This document shows positions 39,615-49,995 of a DNA stretch of 64,000 bases, piece by piece. This stretch comes from Bacteriovoracaceae bacterium. GTDB lineage: Bacteria; Bdellovibrionota; Bacteriovoracia; Bacteriovoracales; Bacteriovoracaceae. The notes below the pieces were generated by a model, which worked only from the letters and a program-made list of their open reading frames with translations, did not search any database and was not told the DNA's origin. The position numbers were made by a program, and so were the translations under genes. Numbering within the stretch: the first letter of the stretch is position 1; the number at the start of each line of letters is the position of its first letter. The stretch covers positions 1 through 64,000 of the forward strand of contig JABIHA010000073.1 of NCBI GenBank assembly GCA_018649885.1, read 5' to 3'.

Positions 39615-40076
39615 ATGAGTTCTCACAAGAATAATCCATTTGAGCATCCAGACCTTCCCGAAAACCTAAGGCCCGATCACTCACTTCTTAGAGATAATGA
39701 GACCAGGCAAACGCCAGACCAGGTTTTAGAGGATATCAATTCGTACATAGAAGACAATAGTGATAAAAAAGAAGGCCTTGGAAACTCTAAGCTCAGCACT
39801 ATTATCGTTACTGGCATATACGCCCTATTTATGTTCCCCATTGCCATCTTCGTTTTTAAAGGCAATTACCTACTAACAATTCCACTTTCTATCTTAGTTT
39901 GTGCATTAGCTGTGGTGTATTTCAAATCTACGTTTGATCAAAAGATTCAAAGTGCCAGAAAAAGAAAAGAAGACCTAAACCTTGATAAGTATGAAAAAAG
40001 GAAGTCACTTACATTGATTAAAACGGATATGGATGAAACCCATGATGAGTCCGTGCCCTACAAAAAGGCAGCTTAG
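39615..40076 (+). CDS. Hypothetical two-TM membrane protein
   Basis: Perfect AAGGAGG SD; two hydrophobic helices. Confidence 0.75.
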   Translation: MSSHKNNPFEHPDLPENLRPDHSLLRDNETRQTPDQVLEDINSYIEDNSDKKEGLGNSKLSTIIVTGIYALFMFPIAIFVFKGNYLLTIPLSILVCALAVVYFKSTFDQKIQSARKRKEDLNLDKYEKRKSLTLIKTDMDETHDESVPYKKAA

Positions 40077-40090
40077 AAAAATAAGTAAAC

Positions 40091-40128
40091 AAGCAGAACC
40101 AGAGTGTTCTGCTTAAGTACTTACTTTT
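40091..40128 (+). terminator. Terminator-like hairpin
   Basis: AAGCAGAAC-cagagt-GTTCTGCTT starting 15 nt after the stop. Confidence 0.6.
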
Positions 40129-40198
40129 CATCGTGAAAACAGTTCCCTATGCTGAATTTAGCTATATATAAAATGGATAAGAGTACCGATGAAGTCCC

Positions 40199-42160
40199 AT
40201 GGGGCATTACTTCACCATACTACTTACCATTTTTCCCACACTCCTTTGGGCCCAAAGGCCTTATGCCCAAACGCCTAGATTCTCAATTTTTTCCTTGGAA
40301 GCGCAAACGCGTTTTGGAGTTAACAATCAAAATCTGATTATTAAAAGTTTCAATGATCATGATGTCATAACAAAATTAGTCCACAAAAGGGCACAAAAAA
40401 AGACCACTTACTACTATGATCAAATAGGTAGGCTTAAAAAAAGAGAAGTGGATATCAATGGCGATGGCCGTCATGAGATCATTACTCGCTTTGAAGAATC
40501 GATCACAACTTACTTACGTAGTGTTTCCCAAAAGGCCTTTCGCAAAAAATATATATGGAAAAAAAATTCGACTTCTTCCGTGACCAAAGAAGAATACACT
40601 GTAAAGAAAATCGGCAGAAATGAAATCCTGACAAGTAAACAAACTACAACTCCCGCCATGTATCTTTCCCAGGAACAAGATGCTGATTGCCCGCCTGCAG
40701 AAGACACTCCTGAAATCGAAATGAATATTGAAGGTATTATTGAAAATTTGGATCAAAGTGTAGAGGTTTCTCCCAGGTGCAGTAAATTTGAATATAGGCA
40801 AGCTGATGGCGAGAAAAAAACCTATTCAGACGTTGAGATAAAACAAGTTGTGACAGCAACTCTTCAAGAAGGTCTTAAGTGCATGACTGACTTAGGGGGT
40901 GACGCCGCTGATATGGTGATCTCAAGTTTTGTAGAGTCTTTTGGCAAAGGCCCTCTGAAAATTGACTGCGATCCAATTGATGGTTACAGATGCTCAAAGT
41001 ACGGTGACCCCTTATCACAATTTTGTGGGAGGGCCTCCAATTACACCGAACAAAGATTTCCTGCACTCGACTTTAATAGTAACTGCGAATCAAAAATAGG
41101 TAATTTAGACACTGTCGTCTTTCATGAATTTCTCCACCTAGGATCCAACCATACCGGAGAGCAAAATCTCCACCACTACGATCAATCAGACTCAATGGAA
41201 AAAGTCGAAATTTGTGCTAAATACTGCTTTTACAATGAGCTGCAACAAGGAGATGGTGCTCAAAGAAAAAGTGACTACGGGAGCCTTTGTCGAGGTGATT
41301 TCAATGAAGACCCCAAAAAGCATCATCTGGCCTTTGCCATGCTCGAGTTTAATCAATCAAACCCACTTGTAGTTAAAAATGAGCTTGAAAAGGTTGTTGC
41401 TACTGATCCAGAAAATTGGCAAGCCTGGTCAATGCTGATCCATACCTATAAAGAAGAAGCTGCATTGACCAGCAATAATTTTAATCGAATGGCCATCTTA
41501 GGCAAATTGATAATGGCCTTAGAGAAAACTCGAGACCTTCCTATTCCTGAAGATTTGGTTTTTGAACAATACTATCCAACATTAAGCGTAAAAATGTACA
41601 AAGACCAGCAGATTCATATCGCTGAAGATACCATTGAGGATCTTTCCAATAGATTAGGTTTGTTAAAAATTCCAAGTGAAATGATTTCTCCTTTAAATCG
41701 CTCTCTTTCATCTTTCGGCTATTTCACCATTCTTAGAGACCGTTGTGAATCATATGCCGTCATTGCCGATCCAGATAATCTCCCGGCAGCTCGTTGCTAC
41801 AGTGAGCTTATGAGTGCAAGAGAAGAACTTTCTATTGGGGCAAGAGAGCTCTTTCAGAAAAATGTGGACGAATCACTAGGCCTTGAACCGACCCTCTTAA
41901 ATGAACTCAGCCAAGCTATAGAAGAAGACATGGACGACTTTGAAATAAAGGGAACTGATGACACTAATCTCATACCTGTATTTTCCTCACATCTACCAAA
42001 AGGGGCGGCCCTAATGATTAAGGCCATGGATTTAACAGCTGCCCATATTACAAATTGTTTTATGAAAAGCAATCCAAAGTCGATGTGTATTGCAACGCCA
42101 CCAGTTGCTGAAATGGACCCTCGTTTTATTTGTACAGAAGAGAGAATCCATCCAGAATAA
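40199..42160 (+). CDS. Large secreted protein with HEXXH metallopeptidase-like domain and TPR-like segment
   Basis: Signal peptide; DINGDG motif; VVFHEFLHLG; ELEKVVATDPENWQAW TPR-like segment. Confidence 0.7.
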   Translation: MGHYFTILLTIFPTLLWAQRPYAQTPRFSIFSLEAQTRFGVNNQNLIIKSFNDHDVITKLVHKRAQKKTTYYYDQIGRLKKREVDINGDGRHEIITRFEESITTYLRSVSQKAFRKKYIWKKNSTSSVTKEEYTVKKIGRNEILTSKQTTTPAMYLSQEQDADCPPAEDTPEIEMNIEGIIENLDQSVEVSPRCSKFEYRQADGEKKTYSDVEIKQVVTATLQEGLKCMTDLGGDAADMVISSFVESFGKGPLKIDCDPIDGYRCSKYGDPLSQFCGRASNYTEQRFPALDFNSNCESKIGNLDTVVFHEFLHLGSNHTGEQNLHHYDQSDSMEKVEICAKYCFYNELQQGDGAQRKSDYGSLCRGDFNEDPKKHHLAFAMLEFNQSNPLVVKNELEKVVATDPENWQAWSMLIHTYKEEAALTSNNFNRMAILGKLIMALEKTRDLPIPEDLVFEQYYPTLSVKMYKDQQIHIAEDTIEDLSNRLGLLKIPSEMISPLNRSLSSFGYFTILRDRCESYAVIADPDNLPAARCYSELMSAREELSIGARELFQKNVDESLGLEPTLLNELSQAIEEDMDDFEIKGTDDTNLIPVFSSHLPKGAALMIKAMDLTAAHITNCFMKSNPKSMCIATPPVAEMDPRFICTEERIHPE

Positions 42161-42177
42161 TCACAGACACACTAGAT

Positions 42178-42441
42178 TTATTGCACATAAAAAGTAAATG
42201 CATAAACTCCATCATCATATTTACATGTATGAGCTGCAAGAAGAGTGTATGGCCCATTAGCAGCGTTACATCCAGAGGCGTATCTGACAACACACATTTT
42301 GTACTTTCTATTCCACTTATATTTGGAACTACAAAGTTTGATTTTAGTCGGAGGTGTTAATAAAGTTTTAAAACTCTTCGCCTCTACTTTTGCGCTCAAG
42401 CACCCAAGTGCAATTGCAATCATTAAAATTGTCTCTTTCAT
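42178..42441 (-). CDS. Small secreted Cys-containing protein
   Basis: GGGAG SD; signal peptide; 4 Cys in the mature part. Confidence 0.65.
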   Translation of the reverse strand: MKETILMIAIALGCLSAKVEAKSFKTLLTPPTKIKLCSSKYKWNRKYKMCVVRYASGCNAANGPYTLLAAHTCKYDDGVYAFTFYVQ

Positions 42442-42706
42442 TGTTTTCTCCCATTAAGCGTCGGTATGACGTCTGAAAGCAATCTCTATGGAGAGCACAA
42501 AAATGGATACTAAAAATAATTAAATCTGGGCCTGAAAATTTACTATTAGGAAAGTGCCCGGAGGGATTTTCTTGGAAAAGTTCTATAAATCACTAAAAAC
42601 AAAGGCAGTTTTCTTATACACCCCTGTATTTTTAACTTACAACTCTAAAAAAATGAGTTGTTCATCAGTGGAGAACTTTGGTGTGAACCTCAAAAGAAAA
42701 CGGTAA

Positions 42707-43102
42707 TCAGCTGGCCTTAGATTGTTGATAGACCCTTAGGAGATCAGGACTTTTAGCATCCGACTTGTAAATCACCACCGCCTTCGTACCAGGCAATAAA
42801 TAAATGTCTTGGGCCAGCGGCAGATTTTCCATCAACTCCACAAAGGCCACAAAGTCACCAGGTGCGATTTCTCTCACGAGACGTTTTTTCTTTTTTAAAT
42901 GACCTACGCCTTCTAGTATCAAAATCGAGATAATCGGGATATGCCCTTGAGAAACAATTTTTCCCCCGTCCGCATAGTCGATACTCTCAAATTGATCTGC
43001 TAGTTCGATCATTTGTGTTTCATTTAAATGTATTAAAGATATCTTTCTTCTCATGTAACTATTTGACCAAAGAGCTGTATAAATATAAATGAGACAAGTC
43101 AC
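42707..43102 (-). CDS. Stand-alone cyclic-nucleotide-binding (Crp-like) domain protein
   Basis: YADGGKIVSQG..LILEG..EIAPGDFVAFVEL pattern; start may lie further downstream (MRRKIS). Confidence 0.65.
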   Translation of the reverse strand: MTCLIYIYTALWSNSYMRRKISLIHLNETQMIELADQFESIDYADGGKIVSQGHIPIISILILEGVGHLKKKKRLVREIAPGDFVAFVELMENLPLAQDIYLLPGTKAVVIYKSDAKSPDLLRVYQQSKAS

Positions 43103-43497
43103 ATTTTATCTTGTTAGTTGCCGCAGACTTTCATGCTGTCAGCTAAAAGTATGAGATGGGGCATATATAAAAATTTCCGTCGCTTTTTCTATGTTTTAAA
43201 TCACTTTAGAGTTTGAGACTTTCTATGTACCAACAATTAATAAATGGACTCAAAAAAGTATTTTGCTCGAAAAACCTTTACTCGATTTTTGTATTTTTGA
43301 ACAATTTCTCGGCCCAATTGCGAAGCATTATTTATTTTTTTGAACTCACAATTAGCAAAAAAATATCCTTCACTCAAAATTTCAATTTGTTTAATTTCAA
43401 CTAGTTAGTCTCTAAATCACGGCCATAATGCTTGAATTGCATGCCTACGCTTACTTTCAAGCATTTCAATATTTTGAATCCTTCAAAAGCCACATTA

Positions 43498-43538
43498 TTT
43501 GGGCAATATTTTGTATTCAACAAATTTTATTGCCCAAA
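43498..43538. promoter_or_regulatory. Inverted repeat upstream of the RCC1-repeat gene
   Basis: Perfect 11-bp arms TTTGGGCAATA / TATTGCCCAAA plus inner TTTGT/ACAAA. Confidence 0.5.
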
Positions 43539-43643
43539 ATTCATACCTAATTTCACTCTTTTATAAAGTCATTACAAGTAACTAGGTGGCCCGTTTTATT
43601 ATATATATAGATGATTCTGAACGTTTGCGGAGACGGAACAAAA

Positions 43644-46600
43644 ATGAGCTTGAAAAATACTTTTCAAAAAATTAGCTCCTACCTAAGCTTGGTACTACTG
43701 GCCGCATTCACCCTTTCAAGTTGTAATTTTAATTTCAAGGTTGCCAAAGAAAATGATGGCGAAAGTATCTGTGAATTATTTCCTACAGCACCTAGTTGTA
43801 CTGGAATTTCTGTGATGCCGAAAAGTGATGCAGAGATCTTAAAAAAAGCTGCTTACATGCGGATCGAGGGTGCTGCTGGCGGCACAAGTGAGCTTGATAC
43901 CCACGCAATGACCGCAGATGATTCCATACTCCTCTACGTTGCCGCTTATAATTCAAATAATACTTTTTTAGGAAATATTGCTGCCAACTGGAGTGTACAA
44001 AACGCACTAGGTCCTATCTCTTCAACCGCAACTTCCCCGGGATTATTTTCGGCCAATGTTGTCGGTGTTGAGGTGGTCGATATGACCATTGGGACCTTCA
44101 CTGACAGCACTGGGAATATAACTATTTCTCAAGGGGCCCAAGCAAGTATAAAAATTAATAGCGCTGCTGGAGCTGGTGGTATTGAAATTAATACAAATAC
44201 TATTACTGCAGATCAAACTGATCTGCTGTACGCCTCATCATACGACGCCGATGGAAACTGGATTGCCGATGTGGCCGCCGCCTGGTCTTTTGTAAACGAC
44301 AAGGGATCTTTCGATGCTGGTGTAGATACTGTGGCCGCTTCGAGCTCAGTTACCTTTAATGCTGATGTTACCACTGCCGCTGCCGATCACGCTGTGATCC
44401 AGGCAAGTTTTGGTGGACACACTGATGATACAGGTACAGTGAACGCAGGGATTGAAATCACAGCTGGCGCTCTTGCAAGTATTCGTATCAATTCTGGTGT
44501 TGGAGCAGGTGGATCTGAGCTCAATACAAATACATTAACTGCCGATCAAACCGATAGCCTTTACTCTTCATCTTATGACGCTGATGGAAACTGGATTGCA
44601 AGTGTTAACGCTGCTTGGTCTTTTGTTAACGATAAAGGATCATTTAATGCTGGTGTAGACACTGTCGGCGCTGCCAGCTTAGTCACCTTTAATGCAGACA
44701 TTGTAACCATGGCCGCCAACCATTGTGTGATTAGAGCAAGCTTTGGTGGAAAAACTGATGACACAGGTACCGTTAATGCTGGAATCCAAATTAATTATGG
44801 TGTCCAGGCCTATGTCAAAATTGTTGATGCTACAGGGTCTGGTGGAATAGAGAAAAATACAGCGAATGTAACAGCAGATGATAATTTCACTTTATATGGC
44901 GCCAGTTACGATAGTGACGGCAACTTCAGACTTAACCCTACTGGTAACTGGAGTTTTACCAATGATAAAGGCTCTTATGCTTCAGGAAGTGATCTCAACA
45001 CAAAAAATGGTGTTAATTCTGCAACATTTTATGCCAATCAAGTGACATATGCTGGAGACCATGCTGTTCTCAAATATACTTCCGGTGGCCATTCAGATGA
45101 CACAGGAACAGTTAATGCTGGGATTCAAATTATTCCTGGTGCCTTATTTGGAATTAAGATCGAAACAAAAAGTGATGGAAAAGGACTTGTCTACGCTACA
45201 GGGTTTGACAGAAATGATGTTACTGCTGGTGGATCTCAAGAATTCTTCTCAATAGGCTATGACTCTGATGGCAACTTCAAGGGTCTCACTAATGTTAATT
45301 GGAAATTTACTTCAACTGGAAACCAAGGAAGTGTCATTGGTACAATTGGTGGAGGTCCTTCCAACTTTACAATTTTAAATGCTTCCATGGTATTCAATAC
45401 AGATAGTATTGAAGCCGATGACGGTGCTTCACATACTGCGAATACAGGAACCCTTCAAATTGGCGCTGACGTTTTAAGTGCTAATGCCCTAACAGGTGGG
45501 AAAGAGCTGGCACTTGGAAATAATACTGCCTGTGTTCTGATGAATAATCAAACTGTAAGATGCTGGGGACTCGGAAGAGAATCCAACGGAGAAGGTCTTT
45601 TAGGCGCTGCTGATAGCATGATTTCCCAGGCCATGATTCCTCAGAAAGTCCAAAAGTCTGGTGGTGGAAATCTTACTGGTGTCATCAAAATTAGCCTTGG
45701 ATATGATTTTGCCTGTGCTCTAAAAAGTGACAACACAGTATGGTGTTGGGGCGACGGGAGCATGAGAAGACTTGGAAACGGAAGTCAGACCGATATGAAA
45801 GAGGCCACACAAGTGAAAATCAGTGCAGGGACCTACCTAACTGATGCTACTGACATAGCAGCTGGATATTACCATGCATGTGTAGCGACACTATCTAATA
45901 GAGTGAGATGCTGGGGAGAAGGCGCCGACGGAAGGTTAGGTCTTGGAAACACAACAGATCAATACTACGCCAATGAAGTGCTGGAAGCAGCAGCACTACC
46001 TCTCATCAATGTTGACACCGTCACAGTAGGCGAGAAATTTAGCTGTGCTTTAAAAACTGATAATACAGTCACATGTTGGGGCGATGGAGCCAGCTATGCT
46101 CTTGGTAACAACGGTACAGCAGATAAACTATACGCTGACACTTTAGTCCTAGATGACCAAGGTGGTAATTTATCAAATGTAATAAAAATTGATTCGTCTG
46201 CCTACTCCGACCATACTTGTGCCATGATTAACGATGGAACAATTAAATGTTGGGGAGAAGGCGGAAGTGGACAACAGGGCGATGGCTCCAATGCAGATAA
46301 TGCCAAAGCTGCAGTCATGAAGTTTGACGCCACTACAATTTATAGCAATGCCACAGACTTTAGTGTAGGTGCAGATTATACCTGTGCAGTTGGCAAAGGC
46401 CAGGGCGCGACTATGTGCTCAGGTGCCAATATTGCTAAACAATTAGGAGATGACACCACTTCCGGCACTAACTTTATAAACAAGTTTGTCGAAGGCCCAG
46501 GTGGAAACAAAATAACAAGAGTCCACAGTATGGCCGCTGGAGCTGGATCATACGGAAATCAATTTTCATGTGCTATTTTTGCTCCTAGTGGTAATATTAC

Positions 46601-47909
46601 CTGCTGGGGAGATGGAAAATACGGCAAGCTTGGAAACTTTAGAGATGCTACAAATAATGGATTTGTTTTCAATGAAGTCTTAGGGTCCAACACACAAAAT
46701 TTTGGAGCGATCTCAAACGCAGCTCAAGTAAGTGTTGGCGAAACTTTCGTTTGCTACACCACCACAGGAAATAAGGCCCAGTGCTTTGGCAATGGAACAG
46801 ATGGCCAGCTTGGAAATGGGATCAAGCCTTATCAGTGGGTTGTTCCCGTGAATGCTAATCCCAACTCACACGTTCAAGATTCAGGTGGGACGGATATTAC
46901 AAATGTGACAGAAGTATCTTCTGGTAATATGCATGGTTGTGCCAGGCTTTCCACTAATCAAGTCAGATGCTGGGGGGAAAATGGATCAAACCAACTAGGA
47001 AATAACTCTACAGCGGACACTGATTATGCAGTCGTCGTCTACAAAGATAGTGGCACCACTGCCGTAAATGATATTGTGTCCATCTCAGTTGGACAAGAGC
47101 ATGCTTGCGGAGTCACAACTGGGGCCAAAGTAAGATGCTGGGGGTATGGAACCTATGGCAGACTCGGCAATGGTGGGACTTCTAATAATGCCTATGCAAA
47201 CTTTGTTAAAGTTGATGCTGGTACAGACCTGACTAATGTTTCAAAAGTCTATGCAGGTAACCGCTACACTTGCGCTGTTCACACAGATGGTACTGCCAGC
47301 TGCTGGGGTTATGATGGCAGTGGCGTCAGAGGCGACAACTCAGCGGCCAATAATAATTATGCTTCAACCAAAGTTCTCAGTAGCACAGGCCCAGATGTCG
47401 AGCTCACCGGCATTGTATCCATGGCCGTAGAGGACTCCCACACTGTTGCTGTGTTAAGTGACGGAACTGCAAGAATCTGGGGTGGTATTGTAAACACTCA
47501 AAAAGGCGCAGGACATACTGCCGCTACGATTGCCAGTGAATCAATGTACTCAAACTCTACTCCTTCAGATGCCACAGGAATTGCGGAAGTGGCGTTGGGA
47601 AGATTCTCAAGTTGTACTAGATACACAAATGGTAAGGTTCAATGTGTAGGATCTGGAAATAGATATCAAATGGGTGATAATAACGTAGGAACTAATCAAT
47701 ATTTAGATTCGGATGTCTTAAAAGCAACACTTGTGCCAATTGCCAATGCCACTCAAATATCCAATAACGGATATGCAACTTGTGTTGTCACTTCGGCGAA
47801 GAAAATTAGATGCTGGGGTTTTGGGACTTATATACTGATGCCAGCAGGTAGTCAGACTGTCTTTAAATCTTGGATGACAGCTCCCCTTATTGATAAGAAA
47901 GCAATCTAA
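43644..47909 (+). CDS. Large surface (lipo)protein: tandem ~111-aa Ig-like repeats followed by RCC1/BLIP-II beta-propeller repeats
   Basis: Lipobox-like LAAFTLSSC; internal repeat with a 333-bp offset; many ..G..H/F.C.......V.CWG....G.LG units. Confidence 0.88.
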   Translation: MSLKNTFQKISSYLSLVLLAAFTLSSCNFNFKVAKENDGESICELFPTAPSCTGISVMPKSDAEILKKAAYMRIEGAAGGTSELDTHAMTADDSILLYVAAYNSNNTFLGNIAANWSVQNALGPISSTATSPGLFSANVVGVEVVDMTIGTFTDSTGNITISQGAQASIKINSAAGAGGIEINTNTITADQTDLLYASSYDADGNWIADVAAAWSFVNDKGSFDAGVDTVAASSSVTFNADVTTAAADHAVIQASFGGHTDDTGTVNAGIEITAGALASIRINSGVGAGGSELNTNTLTADQTDSLYSSSYDADGNWIASVNAAWSFVNDKGSFNAGVDTVGAASLVTFNADIVTMAANHCVIRASFGGKTDDTGTVNAGIQINYGVQAYVKIVDATGSGGIEKNTANVTADDNFTLYGASYDSDGNFRLNPTGNWSFTNDKGSYASGSDLNTKNGVNSATFYANQVTYAGDHAVLKYTSGGHSDDTGTVNAGIQIIPGALFGIKIETKSDGKGLVYATGFDRNDVTAGGSQEFFSIGYDSDGNFKGLTNVNWKFTSTGNQGSVIGTIGGGPSNFTILNASMVFNTDSIEADDGASHTANTGTLQIGADVLSANALTGGKELALGNNTACVLMNNQTVRCWGLGRESNGEGLLGAADSMISQAMIPQKVQKSGGGNLTGVIKISLGYDFACALKSDNTVWCWGDGSMRRLGNGSQTDMKEATQVKISAGTYLTDATDIAAGYYHACVATLSNRVRCWGEGADGRLGLGNTTDQYYANEVLEAAALPLINVDTVTVGEKFSCALKTDNTVTCWGDGASYALGNNGTADKLYADTLVLDDQGGNLSNVIKIDSSAYSDHTCAMINDGTIKCWGEGGSGQQGDGSNADNAKAAVMKFDATTIYSNATDFSVGADYTCAVGKGQGATMCSGANIAKQLGDDTTSGTNFINKFVEGPGGNKITRVHSMAAGAGSYGNQFSCAIFAPSGNITCWGDGKYGKLGNFRDATNNGFVFNEVLGSNTQNFGAISNAAQVSVGETFVCYTTTGNKAQCFGNGTDGQLGNGIKPYQWVVPVNANPNSHVQDSGGTDITNVTEVSSGNMHGCARLSTNQVRCWGENGSNQLGNNSTADTDYAVVVYKDSGTTAVNDIVSISVGQEHACGVTTGAKVRCWGYGTYGRLGNGGTSNNAYANFVKVDAGTDLTNVSKVYAGNRYTCAVHTDGTASCWGYDGSGVRGDNSAANNNYASTKVLSSTGPDVELTGIVSMAVEDSHTVAVLSDGTARIWGGIVNTQKGAGHTAATIASESMYSNSTPSDATGIAEVALGRFSSCTRYTNGKVQCVGSGNRYQMGDNNVGTNQYLDSDVLKATLVPIANATQISNNGYATCVVTSAKKIRCWGFGTYILMPAGSQTVFKSWMTAPLIDKKAI

Positions 47910-47950
47910 AAGAAGGCCACTTCAAATTAAAATGACCCTAAATGCAACCA

Positions 47951-48463
47951 TTAGGCCGCAAAGGTCGCTTTATCATGATTAAAAAATTTGTTATTAAAAT
48001 AAGGATTAACCCACTTGCCTTTTCTTCTTTCAAAAATTTGGCAAAGGACTCTTTTACTACCAATATTTCTCATGTCTAATACCACATCAAAATCTGTGCC
48101 TATTGATTTAACAAACGGGTATAAATCTTCATAAGAGCCCTTATAGCCTACGTGAGCAAAGAGGTGCCCCGTTTGCTTAAACCATCTTCTTCTGTTTTTC
48201 CACTTTGTTCTCGTGAAGTAACTATCGAGACATACATTTTCTTCAAGTGGCATTACAACTGGATTGTATTGCAGTCTATAAGCGTACTCTGCTATAGAGT
48301 GCAAAAGAGTTGTTTTTCCAGAGCGCTTATTGCCGATAATTAGGATGTTTTTTTTCCTTTCTACATAACTTTTCAAAAGATTGTAGCTAGCGACATCTAA
48401 GCTGTCCCACCTCTTAAGGGTTTGAAGGTCAGTAAGTGGATATAACTTTCTTTGTTTTCTCAT
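47951..48463 (-). CDS. Small P-loop protein resembling a truncated CpaF/VirB11-type ATPase domain
   Basis: LLKSYVERKKNILIIGNKRSGKTTLL Walker A context; no clear Walker B. Confidence 0.6.
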   Translation of the reverse strand: MRKQRKLYPLTDLQTLKRWDSLDVASYNLLKSYVERKKNILIIGNKRSGKTTLLHSIAEYAYRLQYNPVVMPLEENVCLDSYFTRTKWKNRRRWFKQTGHLFAHVGYKGSYEDLYPFVKSIGTDFDVVLDMRNIGSKRVLCQIFERRKGKWVNPYFNNKFFNHDKATFAA

Positions 48464-48725
48464 GGTGGTTCCTTTTTTTGACTTTGATTTTCAGCTCTAT
48501 TATCTCGCCTTGGTGGGAACTTGCTATGTGGAAAAATTATCCTAAATAAAATATCTACCCGCCTAGAACACTAACCTTTACAGGGGCCCTAAATACTTTT
48601 CGTTTACATAGACTTAGGCGAAAGCATTTGGACTTCAATTATTACTTAGGGAGTGTTAGATGCACTTCTCCACTTACCAGACAGCTTCCTCTTGTCACCT
48701 ACTCACTCCGTGTACCTGACACACT

Positions 48726-49026
48726 TTCTATCAAGGCGAAATTGTTTAATCAAAATAGTTTTGTATTGATGAGGTGTACTTGCTTGATTTATTGATGGTG
48801 GTAGCAAATGCTTTTATGGATGCGCATGCATTTATATCTTTTATGTTATCGCGCCCCTTGGATTGTTATGTCGATTTGTTCTCACGTCCCCCTTATCATT
48901 CAATGAAGCTTAGCAAGCTGATAAAAGGGGCTTCTATCAAGGCGAAAATATTTAAACAAAATAGTTTTGTATTGATGAGTCGTACTTGCTCGAACTATTG
49001 ATGGTGGTAGCAAATGCTTTTATGGA
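48726..49026. repeat. 95-bp imperfect direct repeat pair
   Basis: 48726-48820 and 48932-49026 (TTCTATCAAGGCGAAA...GGTAGCAAATGCTTTTATGGA); about 8 substitutions, no indels; 111-bp spacer. Confidence 0.9.
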
Positions 49027-49995
49027 AAGGTGATTACCTTGGCACTGCGATTGTTTGATTTTTTGTGAGAGAGGTTTAAAATGGGCGAGTTTTCGATCAC
49101 CAAACCCGTTTAGCAGACTACGTTTCAACTGTTGTTAAAATAATATAATGGCATCTTTTATTTTATTAATCATGATGAAAATGGTATGTTAACTTCAATG
49201 GGGAGGTCGGATTGTCGTTACAAAATTTATCTGATGAAAAACTAATTGCAGACACTAGAATGTGGAATGAAAAAGAGGAGCACAGTACCTCCGACACATA
49301 AATGAAGTCAACAGAAGAAGACTTTTTTGCGATGATGGAACGGGAACGCTCTTTAAATATATTCGTAAGAACTTTAATAAGAGCGATAGTGAAACAAGTA
49401 GAAGAATTTTAGCGGCAAAGACTTTAAGAAATGTCCCGAGCCCTGATAAAGCGCTTGCAAGTAAACAGGTGACATTAACAAATCTTGCTGAAGTCTCAGG
49501 CCTTGTGCCAATATTAAAAGTAACAAAAAGAAAAATGAAATTCTGAGTAGTATTAAGGGGAAAACCCAAGACCAGACAAGAGAGCTAGTGGAAAAATTAA
49601 CAGGAAAGAAACGTGCCACCAGACCCCAAGCAAGATCCCATACAGATGGAAGCCTTCGAATTCATATCACTCTTATAGGGCAAACCGCAAAAGTCTATCA
49701 ATTTATTAAAGAGCAACTTTCTAATAAGGGTCTTTACCAGTCAGATCAAGTAATCGGCCATGCCATAAGTTCTACAGCAGAGTCCATGAGGAAAAGGATT
49801 GTTGCGATTGGGTCAAGAAAATCAAAACCAATTAAAAACTCCAGAACCATTTCAGCGGCCATCAAAAAAGCAATCATCACTAGATCAGGTAACAAATGTG
49901 AAAACCGTGGCTCAAAATACAATCTACACTTTGACCACATCATCCCCTACAGCACAGGGGGATCATCGACGATCGGTAACATGCGCCAATTATGC

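Noticed and set aside
49255..49619. Minus-strand ORFs 49255..49569 and 49374..49619
   Set aside because: Antisense to the frameshifted HNH pseudogene
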